DNA of 31,034 bases from Flavobacteriaceae bacterium (GCA_038133115.1 JAYPSS010000001.1:1-31034); one strand, 5' to 3'; counted from the stretch's first letter, positions 1 to 14,310 are shown. Translations and numbers: made by a program. The notes: generated by a model not told the origin, from the sequence alone.

Positions 1-585
<585 letters not shown>

Positions 586-596
586 TCAAAAGGAAC

Positions 597-2411
597 CTAT
601 TTTAATTTCTTTTGTTGCTCTGCCTGCTCCATCATCTCGCGCATTCGTCGCTGAAACTTACTCTCCTTCGCTGGTTTCTGCTTATTGGCTTGAACCTGGA
701 GATGAATTCGATTCTCATCGATAATGTAATTCTTGATCACGAGCATGATAACAATGGTTAACAAGTTCGAAATGAAGTAATACAAACTTAGACCCGAAGC
801 ATAGTTGTTAAAGAAAAACAACATCATCACTGGTGATAAATACATGATGAATTTCATGTTTGGCATGCCTGGTTGCTGCTGCATTTGCATCGTTTGACCG
901 GTAGTCATTTGCATGTAAAAGAAAATCGCAACGGAGGCTAAGATTGGAAATAAACTGATATGATCGCCATAGAACGGAATCGTAAACGGAAGATCAACTA
1001 TAGTATCGTACGAAGACAGGTCTTCTACCCATAAGAAAGATTTCTGTCTAAGTATAAATGAGGTCGGGAAGAAACTAAACAACGCATAGAAAATGGGGAG
1101 CTGCAATAAGGCAGGTACACATCCACTCATTGGATTTACTCCAGCCAAATTGTAAAGCTTCATCGTCTCCTGCTGCTTCTTCATTGCATTGTTGGCAAAC
1201 TTCTCATTAATCTCCTTCACTTCGGGTTGAATAACCTTCATTTTAGCCTGTGATACGTAACTCTTATAGGTAACTGGAGATAACGCGATTCGAACAACGA
1301 AAGTCATCACGATAATCGCAATACCGAAGGGCATAAATCCGGCTAAGAAATTGAAAAATGGATTAAAAATGTACCTATTGATGGTTCCAAAAATTCCCCA
1401 TCCGAAAGGAATCGATTCAATCAGTTCGTACTCGCTGTAGTTAGCAAAGGTCTTTGAATCTGTAGGGCCAAAATAAAAATACATCGATTCAGTCGCCCCG
1501 CGAGAAAGACTTTCTAGCTCAACCGATGCTTGATATCTCTTGGTATGCGAAGCCGTTTTAGACTCCTCTTCTACTAAGTTTTCAGAAACTAATTCAGCTT
1601 TGGAAAATTTTGATTTACTACCGAGTATTGCGCTAAAGAAGTGGTGTCTAAACGAAATCCAGCTTAAATCACTTTCTTCTTCCTCATCTAACTCAGAGGT
1701 TGCACTTAGTTTCTTAATCGAGCCATCTCCTAAACGATAAGTCAATCTCGTATAACGATTCTCATATTGAATACTTTGATCGTTTCGTGGAGCGGTATAA
1801 TTCCATGACAAAATAGCTGGCTGGGACGAAAGGTAAGCAGATAACTGAGTGGTATTAATATCAAAATCAACTAAATAGCCATCGTTTATAATTTGATACC
1901 TGAACTCTAAAAAGGCTCCTTCTGCCACTTCAGATCGCAATGTAACTCGTGTACGGTCAGCTTCCTTAATCACTTCAGGCTCGAAATACAACTCATTTGA
2001 ATTCAAATTCATGCCTTGGGCAGTGACTAACTTTAAATTTAAATCAGAAAATTCAGGCTGAAGGATTTCAATAGGCTGATCTTGATGGTTGGTATAGTCT
2101 TTAAGTGTAATACGCTTTAATTGACCGCCAACTCTTGAGAATTCTAAATTAAAATGCTCAGTTTCTAGACTTACCGGCTCATAGGAGCGCTCATTGATTT
2201 CCGGTAATTCCGCCGTAGACGATGCTTCAATCGGAGTTAGGGCTGGTTCGGTTTCAGCAATTACCTCTTCAGTATCGGATTGAGCAACTAGTGCTCTTTG
2301 CGCCTCAATCTCTTCAGGTGTGGGCTGACTGATGTAAAACCACCCGATCATAATTGCAAAAATCAGAACAAAGCCAATAATTGCATTTTTATCTATCCCC
2401 TTTTCTTCCAT
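597..2411 (-). CDS. yidC: Membrane protein insertase YidC
   Basis: 604 aa. N-terminal TM (MDKNxIIGF-like), large periplasmic domain, YFGP, GCVPALLQLPIFYALF, WVEDLS and GLSLYYFISN motifs. Confidence 0.96.
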   Translation of the reverse strand: MEEKGIDKNAIIGFVLIFAIMIGWFYISQPTPEEIEAQRALVAQSDTEEVIAETEPALTPIEASSTAELPEINERSYEPVSLETEHFNLEFSRVGGQLKRITLKDYTNHQDQPIEILQPEFSDLNLKLVTAQGMNLNSNELYFEPEVIKEADRTRVTLRSEVAEGAFLEFRYQIINDGYLVDFDINTTQLSAYLSSQPAILSWNYTAPRNDQSIQYENRYTRLTYRLGDGSIKKLSATSELDEEEESDLSWISFRHHFFSAILGSKSKFSKAELVSENLVEEESKTASHTKRYQASVELESLSRGATESMYFYFGPTDSKTFANYSEYELIESIPFGWGIFGTINRYIFNPFFNFLAGFMPFGIAIIVMTFVVRIALSPVTYKSYVSQAKMKVIQPEVKEINEKFANNAMKKQQETMKLYNLAGVNPMSGCVPALLQLPIFYALFSFFPTSFILRQKSFLWVEDLSSYDTIVDLPFTIPFYGDHISLFPILASVAIFFYMQMTTGQTMQMQQQPGMPNMKFIMYLSPVMMLFFFNNYASGLSLYYFISNLLTIVIMLVIKNYIIDENRIHLQVQANKQKPAKESKFQRRMREMMEQAEQQKKLK

Positions 2412-2413
2412 TT

Positions 2414-4990
<2,577 letters not shown>

Positions 4991-6528
4991 TGGATAGTCT
5001 CTGAGAAGTAAATACATCTCACAAGAATCCTCATTTTCAATCGAGTATTCTTCGATACCATCGAACGCTGCCTTTTCTATTAGCTCTGCCTCTAAAAGCT
5101 TGTAAGCCTCGGGGCGCAATTGCTTTTCAGTTTCAAACAAATAATCGCAAAACCAGTGTTCTGAGATTCTTCTCCAAGGCTTAATTTGCTCTGCAGGAAC
5201 CTCGGGGTCGATTGTAGAAATTTCAAGATTTGAGAACCTAGCTAGACGATACCAAACGTTCTGAAAATCATCGTTTCCAAAAGGGCGATAATCTAGTGAA
5301 GAAGCGCTGTAAGCCTGTGGTCGAACCACTTCATCGGTTTTTTCAACTACTAATCGAAGTAAAAAGTCGAAGCTTATATCAAAAGCTCTAGCCGTTATAA
5401 CCTCGGGAACGTATCCTCGATCAGTGAAGAATCGATCTACAAAATCCTCTGAAGGAAGACCATAAACTTCTGGGTAAGAAAATTCCAAATTAGAAAGATG
5501 GATCGGATCAATTTCTTGTTCAGTGTAAATAGAAGAGGGTGTGGTAGAAAACATCCTCATACTTTTCACCGGTTCAGATTCAATGCCACTTAAAATCGAA
5601 CTTACTGAAGCTCCCAAAGCAGCATTTTTAGTCTCTAGAAAGGTCCAGTTAGGAATAATAGAATCAACGATGGTATCTCTAAAGGTTTGCACGCTTTCAA
5701 GTGAAACATTCTTGTAAAGTGGGATTTGTTCAGCTTCAATAAAAGTGGCTTTAATCTTCTCTACAATCTCTTGGTGCCCGTTGTCCGCCACCACGAAAAC
5801 ACGTTCTCCGCGATATTGCGACAAAGCGTAATTGATCATATCTTCACGCATCTCACTCTCGTCTGGAACACCGAAATACACCTGACCCTTTAACCCTTCT
5901 TCAGGGGACATAAGTGGTGCAAGGATAGGTATAGAATCTACTTTATTAGCATTTACAAAAGATCTAAAAACCCTTGGACTTAGCGGGCCTATTACCGCCT
6001 CAGGAAGAATCGAGTCTTTGGAAAATAGGGTGTCAACAACAGCAGTACTGAGCTCCGTATCATAGGTCTTTAGAGAAATGCTTACACCCATTTTTGACAG
6101 GGAATCGATAGCGTAAGTAAGACCTTCATAAAATTCTAGAGCCACTCTCATGTCTCGACGAACCTCCATAAGTCGATTCAAGCTAAGAGTATCAATTTGA
6201 CCATTAGGAATCACAATACTATCCCCAGAAATCGAATCTTGATCTATACGGTCCTTGAACGGTACAAGATCTCTTCTAAAGGGTAATAAAATGGCAAGAT
6301 TTAAGGCAGACTTTTTGAGTTGGAGTGTTTTTAAATCAGCTATGGTGTCCTTCTGAATGATCGTATCGCGAATTACCTCAACCTTTTGATCCACGATAGT
6401 TTCGGGAACCACTCTCTCCACAGCAGGGGTTGGATTCTTTTTCCTTGATCGTTTCAACCACTGAGCATCTGCTTCAGTACTAAAAACAAATAGTATGAAT
6501 CCGATTAAAACAAGAATATTCCTACTTA

Positions 6529-8061
6529 TTACTCCCATTCAATAGTTGCAGGTGGCTTAGAACTAATGTCATATACCACTCGATTCACTCCTTTTACTCT
6601 ATTTATAATTTCATTAGAAACTTCTTGTAAAAACGGATAAGGTAGATCTACCCAATCCGCGGTCATTCCATCGGTGCTTTCTACGGCACGAAGCGCAACA
6701 CATCGTTCATAAGTTCTTTCATCTCCCATTACACCAACACTTTGAACGGGCAACAAGATTACACCTGCTTGCCAAACCTGATCATACAAGCCATGTCTCT
6801 TCAAAGCACCGATAAAAATTGCATCCGCCTCTTGCAATAAACTTACCTTTTCGGCAGTAATATCTCCTAGAATTCGAATCGCTAAACCGGGACCAGGGAA
6901 TGGGTGGCGACCAATTAAATCTTCAGGCATATTCAAACTTCTACCTACGCGGCGTACTTCGTCCTTAAACAACTTCTTTAAAGGCTCTACTACCTTTAAT
7001 TTCATGTAGTCGGGTAATCCACCAACGTTATGATGGCTTTTAATGGTAGCCGATGGACCTCCAGTGGCAGAAACCGATTCGATTACATCTGGATAGATCG
7101 TTCCTTGTGCTAACCACTTCGCTCCCTCAACCTCTTTCGATTCATCATCAAAGACATCAACGAAAATCTTCCCTATGGCTTTGCGCTTTTTCTCCGGATC
7201 ACTAATTCCTGCTAAAGCATCTAAAAAGCGGTCAGAAGCATCTACCCCTTTTACATTGAGACCAAATCCTTTGTACTGTTCGAGAACCTCCTCAAACTCG
7301 TTTTTACGAAGTAGACCGTTATTAACGAAAATGCAATGCAAGTTGGAACCGATCGCTTGATGAAGAAGTAAGGCTGCTACCGAAGAGTCAACACCTCCTG
7401 AAAGCCCTAGAATCACTCGATCATCACCCAAGGTTTCTTTTAGCTCAGCTACGGTTTCTTCAACAAATGCGTCGGGTGTCCAGTCGCCTGTGAAACCAGC
7501 AATATCCATCAGGAAATTTGAAATTAATTGGGTCCCTTGCGTGGAATGGTAGACCTCTGGATGAAACTGAATTGCGTAGGTCTCTTCATTCTGAAAGCGA
7601 TAGGCCGCATTTTTCACATCTGCAGTACTCGCCAGACAAATTGCTCCTTCTGGCAGTTCTGTGATGGTATCCGAATGAGACATCCAAACCTGAGAATTAA
7701 TTTCAATACCTTTTAAAAAAGCATCATCAGAATGAATCGTTTTAAGATTTGCTCTACCGTATTCACGAATACTCGAAGCCTCAACTTTACCACCGTAATA
7801 TGCCGCCATAAATTGAGCGCCAAAACAAACTCCCAAAAGGGGCATTTTACCCTTAATTTTTGAAAGGTCTGGCCTAGGAGCATCTTCAGAACGAACTGAA
7901 TGTGGAGATCCCGAGAGAATCACTGCCTTGTACGCGCTTAGGTCTTCAGGAGCCTTATTAAAGGGTATAATTTCTGAGAAAATGTTGAGTTCGCGAACTC
8001 GTCTTGCGATGAGCTGTGTGTATTGCGAACCAAAATCGAGGATAAGTACTTTTTGATGCAT
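6529..8061 (-). CDS. guaA: GMP synthase (glutamine-hydrolysing)
   Basis: [44 protein letters not shown] and KPPATIEWE motifs. Start set at ATG 8061 (MHQKVLILD); the track's TTG 8067 lies inside the -7 box. Confidence 0.98.
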   Translation of the reverse strand: MHQKVLILDFGSQYTQLIARRVRELNIFSEIIPFNKAPEDLSAYKAVILSGSPHSVRSEDAPRPDLSKIKGKMPLLGVCFGAQFMAAYYGGKVEASSIREYGRANLKTIHSDDAFLKGIEINSQVWMSHSDTITELPEGAICLASTADVKNAAYRFQNEETYAIQFHPEVYHSTQGTQLISNFLMDIAGFTGDWTPDAFVEETVAELKETLGDDRVILGLSGGVDSSVAALLLHQAIGSNLHCIFVNNGLLRKNEFEEVLEQYKGFGLNVKGVDASDRFLDALAGISDPEKKRKAIGKIFVDVFDDESKEVEGAKWLAQGTIYPDVIESVSATGGPSATIKSHHNVGGLPDYMKLKVVEPLKKLFKDEVRRVGRSLNMPEDLIGRHPFPGPGLAIRILGDITAEKVSLLQEADAIFIGALKRHGLYDQVWQAGVILLPVQSVGVMGDERTYERCVALRAVESTDGMTADWVDLPYPFLQEVSNEIINRVKGVNRVVYDISSKPPATIEWE

Positions 8062-8064
8062 GGG

Positions 8065-8094
8065 CAAAAATAGTCAAATGACAAACGGCCGCAA
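8065..8094 (-). promoter_or_regulatory. Consensus Bacteroidota sigma-70 promoter TTG-N19-TATTTTTG for guaA
   Basis: TTG at 8094-8092, exactly 19 nt, then TATTTTTG at 8072-8065. Only CCC separates it from the ATG. Confidence 0.78.
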
Positions 8095-8118
8095 GGCGAT
8101 TTGAAGTATTTTTAACTA

Positions 8119-8688
8119 ATGAAATTAACACCTTTTACCTCTGCCGAGGAATTTACAATTTACTGTGCGAAATCACTGAAAGAAGCCCCTAAACGCCGTA
8201 AATCTGCTTTTAAATATTTTAGTCTTAACACGATCACATCGGTAGATGATATCCTTTATCCACAAAGTAGGATGGTCGTTTTACGTGAAGTATTCGAAAA
8301 TTTTGACTTTCATGTCTACACAGACTCACGAACCGAGAAAGTTGTTTCTTTAGATTCGCACAAGGAGGCTTCTGCACTTTTTTATGATCCTAAGAAAATG
8401 ATTCAAATTCGCCTAGAGGGTATCTTAGAAAAGGTTGAAGATTCTCAGAATTATTTTGAAAGTCTAAGCGAAACCCAAAAAAGAGACTATCGAACCAAAA
8501 TGGCACCTGGAAGCCAGGCAGATTCATTCCATACAATTCATGAAAGTGAAGGCGGATATTTTCAAATTCTAAGATTCCATGCTGGGCGATTCGACCTTGT
8601 TCAATTACATTCAGAAGGGCATCGTAGAGTAAAAGGCTCTTTAGACCTCAAAGGTGCTATAGATAGTCTTTACTGGGTCACTCCTTAA
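8119..8688 (+). CDS. Pyridoxamine 5'-phosphate oxidase-related FMN-binding (split-barrel) protein
   Basis: PQSRMVVLRE, YTDSRTEKV, ALFYDPKKMIQIRLEG and late HxRV motifs of the PNPOx-like family. Divergent from guaA. Confidence 0.7.
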   Translation: MKLTPFTSAEEFTIYCAKSLKEAPKRRKSAFKYFSLNTITSVDDILYPQSRMVVLREVFENFDFHVYTDSRTEKVVSLDSHKEASALFYDPKKMIQIRLEGILEKVEDSQNYFESLSETQKRDYRTKMAPGSQADSFHTIHESEGGYFQILRFHAGRFDLVQLHSEGHRRVKGSLDLKGAIDSLYWVTP

Positions 8689-10274
8689 GCATCCCATTCT
8701 ACAACGATAAACTTTCCTTGAATCGAATCTGATTCCTGAATGAGCTTTTCGATGAGCAGGTTACCCAGCTGATAGTAGAAAAATGAAAAATTTTCAATGC
8801 GCTCTTGATGCCCCCCCAAAGGCCTAATTATATCGTATAGCTCTGCTATTCTTGAAACATGGTCTGACAAGACTCGTTTTTGAGCTTTGAGCAATCGTTT
8901 TTCAATTTGCTGCAACCCTTTTTTCTGCTTCTGCTCTTGAGCATTAACCGCCCCTTCAAAACTCTTATCTGTTTCACGTGCTATTTGACGAAGTCGAATG
9001 AATTGATCTTCAAGTAATTGGTACGCTGGAGTGAAATCTAAATCAATGTTAGATATTCTTCGGATCTCAAAATTAATTAGAGCGTCTTTCGATTTGAAAA
9101 AATGAATCCAATCCAAGTCTAATGCCTTACACTTCTTCACCGTTTTTTGATCCACTAACAAGAATGAATTTCTCGCTATAAGTATCGGAAATCGGAGATT
9201 AGCCGACTCAAATGTAGTCTTTAATTGTAGCCAATACGAAAGCTCACCGCCCCCACCAATGTACGCTAGATTAGGTAGTATCGTTTCTTGATAGAGCGGA
9301 CGCAAAAGTACATTAGGAGATATCCTTTCAGGATGCGTCTGAACCTCATCTAGAAGCGCGCTTTTCGTCCATCGCATGCTTTGATCGGCTAAGGTATAAG
9401 TATCAGCACCCTCTTTAAGGATACGGGTTCGCTTATTTTCTTCTAGGTAAAATAAGTTGATTTCTCGGGGGTTTACCTGTATTGGATAACCCTCTGCCTC
9501 TAGCCTAGTATTTTGTTCGCCTACCTGTATCGCTGAAAAACCAGTCTCTAATTCTTTTGACCATAAATGGGTCGCCAATCCCTTAAGATCTTTACAATCC
9601 GCATCGATGACCACCAATCCTTTATCCCCAAAAAGCTGATGAACTAGTTTTCGAGTAGCCTCTGAAAGAGATCTTTCCTTGTAAGAGTTCTCTAACAGCG
9701 TATTCAATTCATTGTTAAAGGGAGCTGAAGGATACTGTCCAATTAAAGCTTTAATTACCGGCGCTATACCCGTTGTAGAGAAACGTCCGACCGCACCTTC
9801 TTGCTCACTTTCCCACACGAACTTTTTGCCTTCACTAAAAAAGTGATTGATCTCTGCAAAATCATGATCCTCAGTGGCCATCCAATAAACAGGAACAAAG
9901 TGACAGTCTGTAAACTGGGTGTTCAGGTATTCACTTAATGAAATGACATGTGCAATTTTATAAAGAAAATACAGTGGACCCGTCGCAAGATTTAATTGAT
10001 GACCCGTAGTAATGGTATAGGTATTTTCTCGGGACAAAGAAGTAATCTGGTTGCTTGTTATCTCTGAGGAAAAGCCTTCGTACTGTTGCTTCAGGCTTGC
10101 TACCAAGACCTCACGCTGCGACTTTGAAAATTGAACCTTTTCGATTTGATTTTTAAATCCTTCGAGGTTTGCCTGTTCTCCATAAAAATTTGATGAAAGT
10201 TCACCAGACAAATAGTCCTTGACTAAGGAGTTGAAAAAAGGAATATCGGTAAAATCAAATGTGGTGTTAGCCAT
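8685..10274 (-). CDS. bshC: Bacillithiol biosynthesis cysteine-adding enzyme BshC
   Basis: TITTGHQLNLATGPLY, VPVYWMATEDHDFAEINH, SPNVLLRPLYQETILP, YIGGGGELSYW and QER motifs. Start set at ATG 10274. Confidence 0.93.
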   Translation of the reverse strand: MANTTFDFTDIPFFNSLVKDYLSGELSSNFYGEQANLEGFKNQIEKVQFSKSQREVLVASLKQQYEGFSSEITSNQITSLSRENTYTITTGHQLNLATGPLYFLYKIAHVISLSEYLNTQFTDCHFVPVYWMATEDHDFAEINHFFSEGKKFVWESEQEGAVGRFSTTGIAPVIKALIGQYPSAPFNNELNTLLENSYKERSLSEATRKLVHQLFGDKGLVVIDADCKDLKGLATHLWSKELETGFSAIQVGEQNTRLEAEGYPIQVNPREINLFYLEENKRTRILKEGADTYTLADQSMRWTKSALLDEVQTHPERISPNVLLRPLYQETILPNLAYIGGGGELSYWLQLKTTFESANLRFPILIARNSFLLVDQKTVKKCKALDLDWIHFFKSKDALINFEIRRISNIDLDFTPAYQLLEDQFIRLRQIARETDKSFEGAVNAQEQKQKKGLQQIEKRLLKAQKRVLSDHVSRIAELYDIIRPLGGHQERIENFSFFYYQLGNLLIEKLIQESDSIQGKFIVVEWDA

Positions 10275-10347
10275 AAAGATCACAACAGTGAAGGGTAAAG
10301 ATACGGACTAATTTTTGTAGCTTTTCGGTCTCAAAATAGTTTTAAAA

Positions 10348-12774
10348 ATGTTCAAAAACCTCTTCGTTATTTTAGGAGCCATTTCCTTCTCCTTCGGACA
10401 GATTCAGTCTCCTTCAGAATTCTTAGGATATGAACTAGGCGATTCATTCACTAGACATCACAAAGTAGTAGAATACTATCAGCAACTCGCAGCCTCCGAC
10501 CCCGATCGAGTCGTGCTTGAACAATATGGTGAAACCAACGAAGGAAGACCTCTTTATCTTGTTTTTTTAGGAAGTAAAGACATTATTTCAAATCGTGAAG
10601 CGATCAGAGAAAATCATCTAAAAAGTTTGGTTGGAGAATCCACTAACGACCATTCGATTGTATGGCTGAGCTACAATGTTCACGGTAATGAAAGCGTGAG
10701 TACCGAGGCCTCCATGAAAACTGCTTTTGAATTACTAACCGCAAAACGCGATTATCTTGAAAATACTTTGGTAATTATTGATCCTTGCATCAACCCTGAC
10801 GGTAGAGATCGTTATGTGAATTGGTACAACCAAACCAAGAATAATAGAATTCAACCTGACCCGAATAGTGCAGAACACTTCGAACCATGGCACTCTGGCA
10901 GAACCAATCATTATGTGTTTGATTTAAATCGCGACTGGGTGTGGATGACTCAAGTAGAAAGTCAGGCAAGATTACCCCAATACCAGAAGTGGCAACCGCA
11001 AATTCATGTCGATTTTCATGAGCAGGGTGTTGACCAACCGTATTATTTTGCACCAGCAGCAGAACCACTGCATGAGGTAATCACCGATTTTCAGAAGCAA
11101 TTTCAGGATGAAATCGGCCGCAATCATGCCAAGTACTTCGATGCGAATGGATGGTTATACTTTACCAAAGAACGATTTGATTTATTGTATCCGAGTTATG
11201 GTGACACTTACCCTACCTACCATGGGGCAATCGGTATGACTTACGAACAAGGCGGAAGCGGAAGAGCTGGTCTAGCCATTCGAAACAGCGAGGGAAATCT
11301 ACTTACCCTTAAAGATCGTATCGCTCACCACTTTACTACTGGGATATCTACCGTAGAAATGGCTTCTAAAAACGGAGGACGTCTTCAAAAAGAAATGGCC
11401 AATTTCGTGCAAGAAGGGCTTAACGATCCAAAAACTTATGTGCTTAGTGGAAATGCTGATAACCTTAATGCACTAACTCAGTTACTCGAAAAACATCAAA
11501 TCACCTATGGCCGAGGAAAAGGAAGTCTGATTAGTGGATATGACTACCGTTCACAAACCCAAAAGCGAATAAAGGCAGATGAAAACAGTTTAATCATCCC
11601 TGCTGGTCAAGTAAAAAACAAATTGATTCATGTTTTATTCGAACCTAATACCAAGTTAAATGACAGTATTACCTACGATATCACCGCTTGGTCTCTTCCA
11701 TTCGCCTATGATGTGAATGCACTTCTCTCGGCAAAGAAAGTACCCTTTAGCAAGACAGCATCTTTACATACACCAAATCCAATCTCAAAAGAGGCTTACG
11801 CTTATGTAATGGATTATCAAGGATTTGCAAGTCAAAAAGCACTTGCTGCCCTTTTAGATCGAGGAATGACGGTTAGAACAAGTTATAGTGACTTTAAGGT
11901 AGATGGAGTTTCTTTTCATGCCGGAGCCAGTATCCTATTAGCCGCAGAGAATACGAATCTTGAAAATGCACTAGCTGAAATCAGTGAAGAATTCGAAGTA
12001 GACTTCAAGGAAGTTTCTACCGGATTTGTAGATAGCGGAAAAGACTTTGGTTCGCCTTCAGTTACAAAAACAAAGGCAGTTAAAGTAGCCCTATTCAAAG
12101 GCGAAGGCATTTCTTCATACAACTTTGGAGAATGGTGGTACTTCTTAGAGAATGATCTGAACTACCCGGTTACTGTTTTAAACACAGAATACCTAAGATA
12201 TTATGATCTAGACAATTATGATGTATTGATCATGCCAGATGGCAATTATCGCAACTTTGATGACAACACTTTAAACACCATAGAAAAATGGATAAGTAGT
12301 GGAGGAAAACTCATTGCTCAATCAGGAGCATTAGGTGCCTTAAACCGCCAGGGTAGCTTTAATATCAAGTCTAAAGAAAGAGATAGATCTAGCGCCGACC
12401 CATTACTTCCTTATGAACTACAAGAAAGAGAGGGGATTAAGAATTACATTACAGGGGCAATTTTTAAAACAAAGGTGGATACGACCCACCCAGTGGCCTA
12501 TGGCTATGATTCTAACTATTATGGTTTAAAATTAAATTCAAATGCCTACGAATTACTACCCACTGGTAATCTCGCCAGCTTTGAAGCAGACACGACCCCT
12601 ATTGCGGGATTTGCAGGATCTAATACACTAGAGCCGCTCTCAAAAAGTTTATTTATAGGTGCCGAAAACCACGGACGAGGTAATGTGATCTACTTTACCG
12701 ACAACCCTGTCTTTAGAGGTTTTTGGTATGGAGCGAAAAGATTCGTAGCAAACGCAATCTTCTTTGATTTTTAA
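10348..12774 (+). CDS. Secreted M14-family zinc carboxypeptidase with C-terminal class-I-glutamine-amidotransferase-like domain
   Basis: Signal peptide ending SFG-Q. YNVHGNE, NPDGRDR, DLNRDW and DFHEQG are M14 zinc motifs. The C-terminal LIMPDG...WISSGGKLIA segment resembles the GATase1-like fold. Confidence 0.85.
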   Translation: MFKNLFVILGAISFSFGQIQSPSEFLGYELGDSFTRHHKVVEYYQQLAASDPDRVVLEQYGETNEGRPLYLVFLGSKDIISNREAIRENHLKSLVGESTNDHSIVWLSYNVHGNESVSTEASMKTAFELLTAKRDYLENTLVIIDPCINPDGRDRYVNWYNQTKNNRIQPDPNSAEHFEPWHSGRTNHYVFDLNRDWVWMTQVESQARLPQYQKWQPQIHVDFHEQGVDQPYYFAPAAEPLHEVITDFQKQFQDEIGRNHAKYFDANGWLYFTKERFDLLYPSYGDTYPTYHGAIGMTYEQGGSGRAGLAIRNSEGNLLTLKDRIAHHFTTGISTVEMASKNGGRLQKEMANFVQEGLNDPKTYVLSGNADNLNALTQLLEKHQITYGRGKGSLISGYDYRSQTQKRIKADENSLIIPAGQVKNKLIHVLFEPNTKLNDSITYDITAWSLPFAYDVNALLSAKKVPFSKTASLHTPNPISKEAYAYVMDYQGFASQKALAALLDRGMTVRTSYSDFKVDGVSFHAGASILLAAENTNLENALAEISEEFEVDFKEVSTGFVDSGKDFGSPSVTKTKAVKVALFKGEGISSYNFGEWWYFLENDLNYPVTVLNTEYLRYYDLDNYDVLIMPDGNYRNFDDNTLNTIEKWISSGGKLIAQSGALGALNRQGSFNIKSKERDRSSADPLLPYELQEREGIKNYITGAIFKTKVDTTHPVAYGYDSNYYGLKLNSNAYELLPTGNLASFEADTTPIAGFAGSNTLEPLSKSLFIGAENHGRGNVIYFTDNPVFRGFWYGAKRFVANAIFFDF

Positions 12775-12795
12775 TCACACGCTATTTTACGATAC

Positions 12796-12821
12796 AAAAA
12801 AAGGGCCTCGGCCCTTTTTTT
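12796..12821. terminator. Bidirectional intrinsic terminator
   Basis: AAAAAAA-GGGC-CTCG-GCCC-TTTTTTT between convergent genes (M14 peptidase and DUF5606), with a U-tract on both strands. Confidence 0.88.
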
Positions 12822-12836
12822 ATCTTGTTATTCTTT

Positions 12837-13253
12837 CTACTCTTCGGTCGTTTCTTGCGCTTCGAGTGCTTCTTTTAAGGTTCCCGAATTCAGTAATAGA
12901 TTATACCAAGAAAGTATTTTCTTCATGTCGCTGGCATAAACCCGGTCTTCATCGTAATTCGGAAGTATTGAAAAGAAGTATTCTTCAAGTGCTAGTTTGT
13001 CTGCTTTGGGACTAACTGAAGTCTCTTTACCATCCTCCTTTTTGTGAATGGCTTCAAAAACCTCCAGTAATGGAACTTCTCTATCGAGTGCATAGATTGC
13101 GATCTCCGACAGCACACTTACTTTAGCTCGTATGGATACCGTAAGACGTTTTTTATCCACTAATGATTCACCTACAAACCCTCCTTTGGTTTGAGCGATT
13201 AATTCGTATAGGCCTGGTTTTCCACCAATTGCAATAATTTTCTCAAGTGCCAT
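12837..13253 (-). CDS. DUF5606-family conserved Bacteroidota protein
   Basis: LEKIIAIGGKPGLY, VSVLSEIAIY, ILPNYDEDRVYASDMKKILSWYNLL, recognised as this family. Confidence 0.8.
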   Translation of the reverse strand: MALEKIIAIGGKPGLYELIAQTKGGFVGESLVDKKRLTVSIRAKVSVLSEIAIYALDREVPLLEVFEAIHKKEDGKETSVSPKADKLALEEYFFSILPNYDEDRVYASDMKKILSWYNLLLNSGTLKEALEAQETTEE

Positions 13254-13259
13254 AGCTAC

Positions 13260-13847
13260 TTATTTCTTTTTAGGTTGGTAATACTTCATGCGATAATCGG
13301 CTTGGACTTGTCCACGCGATATCTTTTCTAATTTTCCTTTGACTAATCTTTTTTTCAGTGAAGACAGCTTATCTGTAAATAAAATCCCTTCAATATGATC
13401 GTATTCGTGCTGGATGATGCGAGCAGGTAAGCCGAAATAGTTCTCAGTATGCCACTGCATAGACTCATCTTGATAACGTATCGTTAATTCATCTTTTCGA
13501 ACAACATCCTCTCGAATATCTGGGATGCTCAGACAACCCTCTGTAAAGCTCCAAGACTCCCCTGTTTCTTCAATAATAGTCGCATTGATGAACACTTTCT
13601 TGAAAGTTTTTAATACCTCGCGCTCTTCATCCGATGCATCCTCATCCTTTGCAAAAGGGGATCCATCGATAACAAATAAACGAATCGATTTACCAATTTG
13701 AGGTGCTGCTAACCCTACACCTTCGGCGTTATACATGGTTTCCCACATATCAGAAATTAAAGTCTCTAAACCTTCATAATCAGCAGAGATTTCTTTGGCT
13801 TTCCTTTTTAAAACAGGATCTCCGTAGGCTACAATAGGATAAATCAT
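13260..13847 (-). CDS. def: Peptide deformylase
   Basis: GVGLAAPQIG, EGCLSIP and QHEYDHIEG motifs. Confidence 0.98.
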   Translation of the reverse strand: MIYPIVAYGDPVLKRKAKEISADYEGLETLISDMWETMYNAEGVGLAAPQIGKSIRLFVIDGSPFAKDEDASDEEREVLKTFKKVFINATIIEETGESWSFTEGCLSIPDIREDVVRKDELTIRYQDESMQWHTENYFGLPARIIQHEYDHIEGILFTDKLSSLKKRLVKGKLEKISRGQVQADYRMKYYQPKKK

Positions 13848-14251
13848 AATGTTCTATCTAAGTATGATTGTAAAAGTATGGTGGCACTGATACGATCGAT
13901 TAGTGTTTTGTCTTGTCTTTTCTTTTTTGACATTCCAGATTGTGCGATGCTTTTAGAAGCTAGTTTCGATGTGAATCGTTCATCTTGCCAGGTAATTTCG
14001 AATCCAGACTTTTCAATTTTGTCTGCCATTTGTTCGATAAATAGCATAGACTCTGAAGCAGTCCCGTCCATTTGAATTGCCTTCCCGATCACTACCAAAG
14101 ACACCTTTTCTTCTTTATTTAACTGAATCAGTTTTTCTATCAACTGTTTAGATTCTACGGTTTCAAGAGAAGAGGCAACACCCAGCTCCTTGTAAGCTGT
14201 GGCTATTCCGGTTCTAACAGAACCAATATCAAGTCCTAAAATTCGCTCCAA
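13844..14251 (-). CDS. ruvX: Holliday junction resolvase RuvX / YqgF pre-16S rRNA nuclease
   Basis: RILGLDIGSVRTGIA, QDERFTS and D..SATILLQSYL motifs. Start moved to TTG 14251 (MERILGLD), because the track start overlaps the -7 box. ATGA overlap with def. Confidence 0.9.
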   Translation of the reverse strand: MERILGLDIGSVRTGIATAYKELGVASSLETVESKQLIEKLIQLNKEEKVSLVVIGKAIQMDGTASESMLFIEQMADKIEKSGFEITWQDERFTSKLASKSIAQSGMSKKKRQDKTLIDRISATILLQSYLDRTL

Positions 14252-14266
14252 TGGTGAAATTTGCAA

Positions 14267-14274
14267 CAAAAATA
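14267..14274 (-). promoter_or_regulatory. Putative -7 element TATTTTTG for the ruvX-def-DUF5606 operon
   Basis: Perfect TAnnTTTG in the divergent intergenic region. Confidence 0.65.
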
Positions 14275-14310
14275 GGTCAAATTGAAAAGTCCTATCCCTA
14301 GAAGCTATCT

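Noticed and set aside
8062-8118. Purine riboswitch at guaA; GCC-GCAA-GGC tetraloop hairpin (8088-8097)
   Set aside because: There is no room for an aptamer. The 3-bp hairpin overlaps the -33 TTG and is too weak to be a structure.
12828-12839. TAG-AAA-GAA-TAA tandem stops after DUF5606 (possible readthrough or recoding)
   Set aside because: It would add only three residues. TAG is used as a normal stop elsewhere in the window (yidC, pyrG, guaB), so there is no evidence of recoding.
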